A DNA stretch of 63,758 bases, filler included, from Octopus bimaculoides (taxonomy: Eukaryota): assembly GCF_001194135.2 (NCBI RefSeq). It is 6 parts of 6 records of this genome, joined end to end, with 100 filler letters (N's around TTAATTAATTAA, not from the genome) between each part and the next. Parts side by side here need not be neighbours in the genome. Positions count along the whole stretch, not along the records: positions 38,017 to 55,710 come from NC_069001.1; positions 55,811 to 61,366 come from NC_069006.1; positions 61,467 to 63,758 come from NC_068995.1; 3 more parts are not named here. One strand, 5' to 3'. Both the position numbers and the translations under genes were made by a program. The first letter of the stretch is position 1. Every line of letters begins with the position of its first letter. Shown here one piece after another: positions 54,872 through 63,758 of the stretch. The notes below the pieces were generated by a model that did no database searches, was not told the origin of the DNA, and saw only the letters and a list, made by a program, of their open reading frames with translations.

Positions 54872-55336
54872 CACATGTATGTACATATTGTATCTATGTG
54901 TGTGTGTCTGTGTCTGTTTGTCTGGACATTGCATGCTAGCTGTAAACGAGTGTCCTTGTCATACAAGTGGCGTGATTCGTTTCCAGTCTGTTCTGAAAAC
55001 CTGTCCATGCTAGGGACTAGTGGCAGAGGAAATAGTACGTTGCTTAGAATCAGATGAGGATAGAAAACCTGCAGCTATAAATGTCATTTGATCCATGAAA
55101 ACATGGTGAAGTGGATGTTAAAAGGATGTTGATGATGATGATGGTGATGATGATGATGTGTTTCAACTGACGAAAAAAGGAAGGCTTTGTGTGTGTGGAT
55201 ATATTATAGGTAGAATAAACATATTCATATATATAAATGAATGTATGTATGTATCTATCTACCCCACTCTCTCTCTCTCTCTATCTATCTATCTACTTAT
55301 ATACATATATATATATGTGTGTGTGTAATATATATA

Positions 55337-55427
<91 letters not shown>

Positions 55428-55610
55428 ATGCATGTATGTATGTATGTATATGTGTATGTATGTGCCAGTCTCTGTGTGTGGTGATATATATGGGTATATA
55501 TACACAAACACATCAATATGTAAATATGATTGTATTTGTATAGAAAAGTGTATGTGTACGTATATGTGTGTGCGTATGTATATATGTGTTTTATATACAT
55601 ATACTATATA

Positions 55611-55678
<68 letters not shown>

Positions 55679-56302
55679 CACACTATATATGTCTATATAT
55701 ATCTATATATNNNNNNNNNNNNNNNNNNNNNNNNNNNNNNNNNNNNNNNNNNNNTTAATTAATTAANNNNNNNNNNNNNNNNNNNNNNNNNNNNNNNNNN
55801 NNNNNNNNNNCTAGCAAATGTGTACGGCAACAAAGACCAAAAAAAAACCAAAAAAAAACCGGAGAACATGGTACAGAATTATGAATACAAAAACAAGAAA
55901 TCACAGCAGGTGTTGTTCGACTGAGAACGAATCAAATTGAGCTGGTGTGTATGAGGTGAAAGACTAAAGGCAGGAACATGGGAGATGGACACCAGAGGTT
56001 TTGATGGTATATGTTTATATATTCGTTTTGCAAGATTCTTGATGTGAATTCATATGTTGAAACAGATATTGTATTTGGGGATGGTCATGTTGCCAGTTTT
56101 GTCAATGAAAATACACACACTATATATTTGGTGTTCACTTGCTTCAGCTTTATTTTATATGAATTGTATTTCGGCCACAGTTCTTTCGTCACACTTCTGT
56201 GACCTCACCAGTGCTCCTTTGCTTTCGATTTTGTGTCTCTCCTTCCTAATGATCTGCCATTTTGTATTCCTGTTGTATGTGTCATATATATATATTTATA
56301 TA

Positions 56303-56530
56303 TTGGGTTGTCCGGAAAGTTCGTGCCGATTTTTAAAGGAAAGAAAAGGGTCAATAAACACTAGCCATTATATCTTTAATCAACCAAATACGAACCATTT
56401 TGTTGCACAATGCGTCTCCATCTTTCCTTTAACTTGAAAATACCCTCTTCCCAGAATTGAGGTGGTTTCATGGCAAATAATTCGAAAGATAAGCTACTAT
56501 AAATCGGCATGAACTTTCTGGACAACCCAA
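56303..56530. mobile_element. Mariner-derived MITE (228 bp)
   Basis: 30-bp TIRs ttgggttgtccggaaagttcgtgccgattt / aaatcggcatgaactttctggacaacccaa, TA on both sides; interior reads FWEEGIFKLKERWRRIVQQNG on the minus strand (mariner C-terminus). Confidence 0.9.
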
Positions 56531-56535
56531 TATTA

Positions 56536-56717
56536 CATGAAGGGATGTTACTATAAGTAAATCCACGCGCTGGAAAGGGATGCTAAAGTCAAACTATTTT
56601 ATCTAAATATACACGTGTTGAAGTCAACTTCAGCACATGTGTATATTTTGATAAAGTAGTTTGGTTTTAGCATCCCTTTCCAGCGTGTGGCTTTACTTAT
56701 AGTAACATCCCTTAATG
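56536..56717. repeat. ~182-bp palindromic (hairpin) element
   Basis: ~90-bp arms catgaagggatgttactataagtaaa... / ...tttacttatagtaacatcccttaatg, centre tgaagt-ca-acttca, fewer than 10 differences. Confidence 0.9.
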
Positions 56718-57422
56718 AAATAATATATTTTAAAAAGTTATATACTTAGTATTAATTTTTTACCTTAATTGGTTTCACATGCTGGCCACTTGATAAAATA
56801 TATATATGTATATATATATATATTAGTATATTATAATGTGCAGGTTTAGTTTTCAATGCTACATACACACATTTTATCAAATTACTCCCTTGATTACAGA
56901 ATTACAAAGTACTGTTGCTGAATGCTCTCGTTATGAGATTTTAAAATAGTAACTGTTTTAATTGTCCCATTTTGATTGAAGATTATCTATGAAAAATCCA
57001 ACATCAGACTCTAATCATGAAACTGATACAACTCCTGTATCTCCGCAGAATTTTTCTTTACAATTTGGGCTAAAATATCTGTATTTTGTGGTAATTATTT
57101 TGAGCAATGATTTATTGAAATACAGTTTTTCATTCTGGTTTCTTCACTTGATTAGAATTTGGTTTGGTTAATGAGACCTTCCGTGTTCCAGTAAATTCTT
57201 TGTCTCAAATTTTACTCAGGAGAATAAATGTTACCTGAGATCGCTTTGTCTTATTCACAAGTGGACAGATGTGTGATTTATTTTTTTTTTTGCATTTAAT
57301 TGGGACTAACCTTTGACCATTGGCCCCTAAATCTCCATATGATAAACATTTGTCAAATTATTCATCCTTTTACTGCATAATCTGATATGTATCCACCTAA
57401 AATTTTTGTACTCTTAACTTTG

Positions 57423-57831
57423 GAAAGCAGTGTTATATACTAATCTTTCTTTTGTAGAGGAGACTGCCATATTTGAAACTTTCTTTTTCTGGAGATATGT
57501 CAGATTTTTTGACTTGCAGAAAATACTATTATTACATTTTGGCAGATATTTAACAGCATTACTGGAATAACAATGAAATTTAATTTTCCAGTAATTTGGT
57601 GAACACTTTTACTGTAGAAATCAGATATATCTAGTCAAAATTTCATTACCCTTAACCACAGAAAGCAGTTTTATTTACCAATCTATCTTTTGTTAAGGAA
57701 TGTTATGTTTAAAACTATTTTCTGTTGAGATAGATCAAATTTACTGAGGCAACGTGACTTGCAGAAAATAGCAATTCTGTCTTTTGGGAGATATTTAACA
57801 ATGTGTTGGAATAAACATGAAATTTAATTTT
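57423..57831. repeat. Diverged direct repeat (57423-57587 and 57661-57831)
   Basis: Shared gaaagcagt.tta..., gacttgcagaaaata, agatatttaaca, ggaataa.catgaaatttaatttt. Confidence 0.7.
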
Positions 57832-57890
57832 GTAGTTAAAAGGTTTCATAAAATTGGATATTTTTTATGTTGATGTATTGTGCTTTTTGT

Positions 57891-58342
57891 TTCAACTCTT
57901 AGCATTTAAACTAGCTATATCAGGCCCAGATATTTTACCTTTTTATGCACAAACTAGCCAGATCTGGCCTCTCGCACTTACCCGACAAGTCATTCTAAAC
58001 ATAAAGTCACATCACCAAAATCTCAAAGCTACAAAACATGATTTGTTTGAAATAATGTGAATAAATAAGGGATTTACATTTGACAGAAGAGTAAACAGAA
58101 CACTAAAGGGCTAAATGTAAATATATATTTATCTCTTATTTAGGGTTCAAATATTCCTATTTGTTTTTTTGTGTGCAAATCAGCCAGATCTGACCCCTCA
58201 CACTTACTCTCCAATGTCATTCTAAAAATAAACAATTGTTTCATCAAAATCTTGAAGTTAAAAAATAATGCATATTTAATTTAAAATAATGTGAATAAAT
58301 GAGCCCTTTATTTGACGGAGTAATTTGAATGCTAAAGGGTCA
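57891..58342. mobile_element. Two tandem copies of a piggyBac-like MITE (57891-58114; partial 58140-58342)
   Basis: Degraded termini ..aactcttagcattt / ..ctaaagggctaa and aatgctaaagggtca; shared interior agccagatctg, gtcattctaaa, aaataatgtgaataaat. Confidence 0.5.
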
Positions 58343-58420
58343 CAGTTTCAGAGTTTCCCATTTTTAGATATATAAAAAAAAATAACATGTTGAAACACTG
58401 TGTCCCTGGGTCTCTTTCAG

Positions 58421-58626
58421 AATCCAAAGGAAAGGCTTGGCTGTGTACCTGATGCTGGGTTTGAAGATATCAGAACACATGCATTCTTCCGGCAAATTGA
58501 CTGGGAGCTGCTGGAGCAGAAACAGATAACACCCCCTTACAAACCTGAGCTGCAGTCTGACCGTGACTTGAGGCGCTTTGACGAAATGTTTACCAAGGAA
58601 CCAGTCCAACTTACCCCAGATGATTC
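58421..58626 (+). CDS. aPKC: Atypical protein kinase C, penultimate coding exon (end of kinase domain, AGC C-tail with turn motif)
   Basis: tctctttcag acceptor; NPKERLGCVPDAGFEDIRTHAFFRQIDWELLEQKQITPPYKPELQSDRDLRRFDEMFTKEPVQLTPDD; donor tc|gtacgt (phase 2). Confidence 0.95.
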
Positions 58627-58752
58627 GTACGTAGCAGTGTTGTTTGTTGTGTTCTGCATTCTGACTTTCTTACCATTCTTTACTCTCTTAATTACTCTCC
58701 CTCTCCCAGCTGAAAGGTCCCTGTCTTGTTAGCTACTTGGTGNNNNNNNNNN

Positions 58753-59210
58753 ACTCTGTAAAGTGGTTGGCATTAGGAAGGGTATCTAGCCATAGAAATC
58801 ATGCCAAACAGATGACTGGAGCTTAGTGCAGCCCTCTGGCTTGCCAGTTCCTGTCATACCATCCAATCCATGCCAGCATGAAGGACAGATGTTAAATGAT
58901 GATGTTTGTAGTCAAGTTTTCATCATCATCATCATCATCGTTAAATGTCTGCTTTCCAAGCTGGTGTGGCTTGGACAGTTTTGACTGAGGACTGGCAAGC
59001 TAGAAGGCTGCACCAGGCTCCAATATGGTCTGGCAAGGTTTCTACGGCTGGATGCCCTTCTTAACGCCAACCACTCCAGGAGTGTAGTGGGTGTTTTTAC
59101 GTGCCATGGGTACAAGGAGCCAGTCAGACAGCACTGGCATTGACCATGTTCGGATGGTGCTTTTTACGTGCCACCCGCACAGGAGCCAGTCAGGGGGCAC
59201 TGGCATCGAC
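58753..59210. mobile_element. Tail-to-tail pair of family B SINEs (58753-58905 +, 58921-59210 -)
   Basis: Both carry gtggttggc.tta.gaaggg.atc.agcc and end in (GAT)n tails facing each other. Confidence 0.8.
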
Positions 59211-60376
59211 AGAAATGAAATGAGAAAAAGCTACAATAACTTTGCCTTTCATCATTTCAGGGTTGATAAGTTAAGTACCAGTGAAACACTAGGGTCGATG
59301 TAATCGACTAGTCCCCTCCCCCAACATTTCAGGCCTTGTGCTTTTAGTAGAAAGGATAATTTTTAGCTTTATGTAAGGTGGCAAGCTGGCCACTAAGAAT
59401 TTTGTCTGTCTTTACATTCTGAGTTCAAACTCCGCCAAGGTCAACTTTGGCTTTTATCCTTTTGAGGTCATTGAAATAAGTACCAGTTATGCACTGGGGT
59501 CAATAAAATTGACCTCAGTCTTGGGCCTTATGCTAGAAAGGATTATTAATAGCTTCATGTACTTTAAGATGCATTGTTCCAGAAAAGCATTTTATTCACA
59601 TTCTCTTGAAAGTTTATAAATTCTGATGTCATTTACTGCCAATTCTCACTGGTAAGGATAAAGTTTCTAAAATGGGAGAAGAAATTTCAAGAATTGCTTT
59701 GATCTGATGGTAAAACATCTGTCATGTTTACAGGACACCTTGGTTCAAATCCCACTGGCAGCCCTTGATCTCTTTTCTATCCAACAGAGTTTTTCAACAT
59801 GATTTTGACATGCTGTCCTCTTATAAATGCGAGTAATGTCTTTCTGTCCGTTATGTTTTTATGTTTAACTCCTAGACTGTTGGTGCAAGGGTAACGAAAC
59901 TCAGACCGGCAATTCTCCCAATCCCAGGGAATGTCCTTAGGGGGTCTATTTTTTTATGGGCTACCTAATTGAAGCCCCACTGACCCCACCTCCTGCTATT
60001 TTTACTATATTTTAAACTAAATGGCATTGGCAACCAAATCGGAGCAATGACAATGAATTTCATACCAGGGAATATCGTAAGGAGGTTCAATTTCTGAAGG
60101 GCCTTTTAAATGGGACCCCACTGCCCCTACTATTTTTGTGGGTAGAGAGTTTGGAATGGGGTATCAGATAATACCAGGAGATACATATACAATGAATGTG
60201 TCCGAGTCCATTACATTACACAAAGGGAGAGGGCCATGAAGCATGGCCGGATAGTGGGGCTGAAGGCCTCAAAAGTGCCCTCCGCAGGAGCTATCCTCGT
60301 TCTTTATGTTCTTCAAGATCCACTGTACTAAACAAGAATTACTTCATACTCTTTTTTGCCTGTTTTTGTTTTGCAG

Positions 60377-60464
60377 GAACATCATTGACAAAATCGACCA
60401 AACAGAATTTGACGGCTTCGAATATGTGAATCCTCTGCTGATGTCGATGGACGACCCAGTCTGA
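60377..60464 (+). CDS. aPKC: Atypical protein kinase C, last coding exon
   Basis: ttttgcag acceptor; phase matches the upstream donor (TC+G = Ser); NIIDKIDQTEFDGFEYVNPLLMSMDDPV*. Glu in the hydrophobic motif FDGFEY is diagnostic of atypical PKCs. TGA at 60462-60464. Confidence 0.95.
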
Positions 60465-61179
60465 GGCCCCAGCGCCATGCTCGTTAACTCCTCTCCATTC
60501 CTAACTCTACTCCTGTCCTGTTCTACTCTTCCAAAACAAATAATTCTAACCTGTGACACCTTACCTAAAGACTTAATCTTAATCTGTGTTAAGACTGATC
60601 TTAACATGCAGTGACATCTTACATTAAGACCGATCTTAATCCAAATACGACCTGAATTACATCTGCCTGATTTGATTTGCTTCTTTTTTTTTTTATATAT
60701 ATATTTTTTTTTATCTGACTTAACATGACATGAAGATATATGATATAATATACAATACGACAGGTGGCCATCCACAGAGAAGGGATTGTCCAAGAGTCTC
60801 AGACTTGTCATTATACCTTGATAACCCAACAAGCATTCCAACCATAACTGAAGGTTTATTTGCAATTATTTTTTTTTTACTATTATCATTTGAAATTTTT
60901 TGTTTGTTTTGTTAATTTTTGTTGTTTCTTTTTTTGTGTGATTTTTTTAACATTCCCTACCCCACCACCAACACCATTGCCAACAACAACAACAACACTT
61001 CTGCTACTAGTACCACCACCACTAATAATTACTATTTTGTTTTTTGTTTTCTGTGTGTGTGTGTGTGTGTGTGTCTGTTTAAGGTTTTTGTTTTTTTTCT
61101 CTAGTATAAACTTGGCTATCCCCTGTTGTGCTGCGAGGGTGATACATACATATATATATATATATATAGGCCTAAGTAT

Positions 61180-61336
61180 ATATTATTTATTTAAAGGACA
61201 CAATACATGTCTTAAGTGCTACTGATAGTTTCATATGTTGAGAAATATCTCTAACATATTCATCAGACACAAGCCACATATCGTATATGTGGTTTGTGCA
61301 CTTAAAGACATGTAGTGTCCTTTAAATAAATAATAT
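61180..61336 (-). mobile_element. 157-bp mini-element: ~39-bp inverted repeats enclosing a hairpin and a hammerhead ribozyme
   Basis: tattatttatttaaaggacacaatacatgtcttaagtgc (61181-61219) / gcacttaaagacatgtagtgtcctttaaataaataata (61298-61335). Confidence 0.8.
61216..61270 (-). ncRNA. Type I hammerhead ribozyme, intact core
   Basis: Minus strand GUGU CUGAUGA AUAUGUU A GAGA UAUU UCUC AACAUAU GAAA CU AUC AG UA GCAC: stem I 4 bp, stem II 11 bp, stem III 3 bp, GUA site. Confidence 0.75.
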
Positions 61337-61731
61337 TTATCTCTCACCAGATGGAGTACTTTTTTTNNNNNNNNNNNNNNNNNNNNNNNNNNNNNNNNNN
61401 NNNNNNNNNNTTAATTAATTAANNNNNNNNNNNNNNNNNNNNNNNNNNNNNNNNNNNNNNNNNNNNTAAATACCAAAAAAGGGGTTTTGTATGATCGTGT
61501 ATAGAGGAATATATTATTTTATTTAAAAGAGTTCCAACTCTGTCTGTTTTTTATGTTTTATTTATATTCTTGTAAAATTAATGTGGGATATAGAATATTG
61601 AATATATAATATATAATATAAAAATAAATGGTAAAATGAAATGAAGTATTGAATGTCTTATTGAATATATGAAATATGTCTTATTGAATATATGAAATAT
61701 TGAGTATTCAATATAGAGAATTAAATATATA

Positions 61732-61777
61732 AAGGCTAATACGTATTTTCATGCCTAGTGGCATTCATCAAGGCCTT
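61732..61777 (-). ncRNA. Penelope-type hammerhead motif with palindromic stem III and one extra core U
   Basis: Minus strand AAGGC CUUGAUGA AUGCC ACUA GGCAU GAA AAUACGUAUU A GCCUU; lies just 3' of a Penelope endonuclease fragment. Confidence 0.65.
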
Positions 61778-61971
61778 CGTCTGACAGACTGTAACAGACT
61801 GGCTGGTTTTTTGTCTTTTATACCTATTCCTTAGGACAGCAGCAGAAGGTGTTTGGCTATTTTTTAAAATGATACCAAGTTTATTTTTAGAAATGATGAC
61901 ATTTGAGAGATTTTTTGTGTTTTAGTTATAGGGATAAGATGTTTAAACCGCAAGTAAAATAAATTTAATCA

Positions 61972-62443
61972 TTGTTTGTTAAGAGTGGGTTTGAATTTCT
62001 TAATAAAGTCCTTTTCTTTGCGTTTTCTCTCAATTTCATTCAGGTTGTAAAGTTTATGGAATGGAAATATAAGTTTCACGACCACATGTTGCCAGATGGT
62101 TACTCAGTGGTATTTGGCGGACCTCTGCGTTTTTAATCTGTTGTCGATGCACACGTGAGCGTTCTTAGAGTGCATTACCTGTCTGGCCAACGTACAGTTC
62201 TTCACAATTAGGGCAGTTGATGCAGAAGATTAGATTTCTACTTTTGAAGTTCATGTTCGCATTGGTGAATATTTTCCCTGTTTTTGTGTTCATATATGGG
62301 CCGGTATGAATTGATCGGCATGTACCGCATCGGCTATCATTGCATTTGGACACAGTGAATGTTTGATTTTTGTTGCTTGGATGAATGTATGTTCGTCCTT
62401 TAATTGGAATTTTATCATAGGATTTATAATGTCTTTTCTTCAT
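61972..62443 (-). mobile_element. Penelope-like element, GIY-YIG endonuclease fragment
   Basis: KCNDSRCGTC...NLIFCINCPNCEELYVGQTGNAL*ERSRVHRQQI, then RKRKEKDFIKKFKPTLNKQ after a frameshift. Confidence 0.85.
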
Positions 62444-62717
62444 ACTTTACTTTCGAATTTTCTTATATAAATTCGTATAGGTATGAAAGCTTGTATAGAA
62501 ATAATCAGTATATGACTTAACTTATTAAACAAAGTTCAACAGATTCATTCATAGTCATGTAATGGAGGAGATTAGATGTTAAAATAGGTTATAGTTTCTA
62601 TTTTTCATTTTGCTATACAATAGCTAGTTTTTCTATTAGCTAATGACGAGTACAAATATGACTATTACGATTTTTTCTGTTTATGAATATCTGCGTCCAT
62701 TTGTATGAAACAATTGT

Positions 62718-63103
62718 TGTTGTTGGCACTCCGTCGCTTCCGACGTCGAGGGTTCCAGTTGATCCGATCAACGGAACAGCTTGCTCGTGAAATTAACGTG
62801 CAAGTGGCTGAGCACTCCACAGACATGTGTACCTTTAACGTAGTTCTCAGGGATATTCAGCGTGACACAGTCTGACAAGGCTGGCCCTTTGAATTACAGG
62901 CACAACAGAAACAGGAAGTAAGAGTGAGAGAAAGTTGTGGTGGAAGAGTACAGCAGGGTTCGCCACCATCCCCTGCCGGAGCCTCGTGGAGCTTTAGGTG
63001 TTTTCGCTCAATAAACACTCACAACGCCCGGTCTGGGAATCGAAACCGCGATCCTATGACTGCGAGTCTGCTGCCCTAACCACTGGGCCATTGCGCTTCC
63101 ACT
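62718..63103 (-). mobile_element. Full-length tRNA-derived SINE family D with TSD
   Basis: A-box-like tggcccagtggttagg, B-box-like ggtttcgattcc, (CAA)n tail; 10-bp TSD aaacaattgt at 62708-62717 and 63104-63113. Confidence 0.9.
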
Positions 63104-63185
63104 AAACAATTGTATAGCAACATGAAAAAGAAAAACTATAATCTATTTTAACATCAAATCTCCTCTGTTACATATATATATATAT

Positions 63186-63229
<44 letters not shown>

Positions 63230-63711
63230 GGAAAAATAAGATGAAAAAGGCCAGATGTGTTTTACAAGACCAAAGAATATATTAGAATCATCATAACAAA
63301 AGTATTATACAAAATAAGATTTTGAAGATTCTAATATATTCTTTAGTCTTATAAAACAAATCTGTGTTTTTTCATCATATTTCTTTGCTTATATACTCAA
63401 CCATGTGTAATCACCCACCATACTTTCTGTCTTATATGTGTGTATGTGTGTGCATGTGTGTATGTGTGTGTGCTTGTTTGTGTGTGTAGGGGTCGGCGTA
63501 TATACATATGCGTGTACAGAGACAATTATACGGATAATAATGCTTACCAGGATTCCTCTTATAGTCATTCTCTACTCTGCAGGATTGGTCCCTCGTAGAG
63601 ATATTGGAGTCTAAGTTCGAACAATTTGATCGCTACCAAGTGTTTTCTATATCGAGAATCTCTGGATCTCGTCCGTTGACTAATATGCATACACACACAG
63701 ACACGCACATA

Positions 63712-63754
<43 letters not shown>

Positions 63755-63758
63755 ATGT

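Noticed and set aside
61195-61321. Reading the 61180 element as a Kolobok-type MITE (TTAA|AGG...CCT|TTAA)
   Set aside because: The inverted repeat continues about 10 bp beyond both TTAA motifs and the interior is a complete hammerhead; kept only as an alternative.

Overview
AT-rich, microsatellite-saturated animal genomic scaffold with about 8 kb of N gaps. The SINE families and repeat style suggest an octopus/coleoid cephalopod (inference). The only host gene I can support is the 3' end of an atypical protein kinase C (aPKC, PKC iota/zeta type) on the + strand: exon 58421-58626 and terminal coding exon 60377-60464, followed by a 3' UTR. The rest is mostly mobile DNA. DNA elements: a Chapaev3-like (CMC) transposon with both TIRs and a TAA TSD, nested in an R4/Dong-like LINE; two mariner relics and a maT/Tc1 relic; MITEs; and a Helitron helicase fragment. 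Retroelements: LINE fragments of the Tx1/L1, R4/Dong, R2-like and Hero-like clades, a Penelope GIY-YIG fragment, and many SINE copies from about four families. The most striking unannotated signal is a set of hammerhead-ribozyme (HHR) motifs found by eye. Three have intact catalytic cores (19405-19548, 27782-27895, 61216-61270) and others are variant or decayed (25770-25802, 35980-36035, 61732-61777). Two sit inside small non-coding elements bounded by long inverted repeats whose inner edge falls at or near the predicted self-cleavage site. All calls are by manual reading; no database search or folding program was run.
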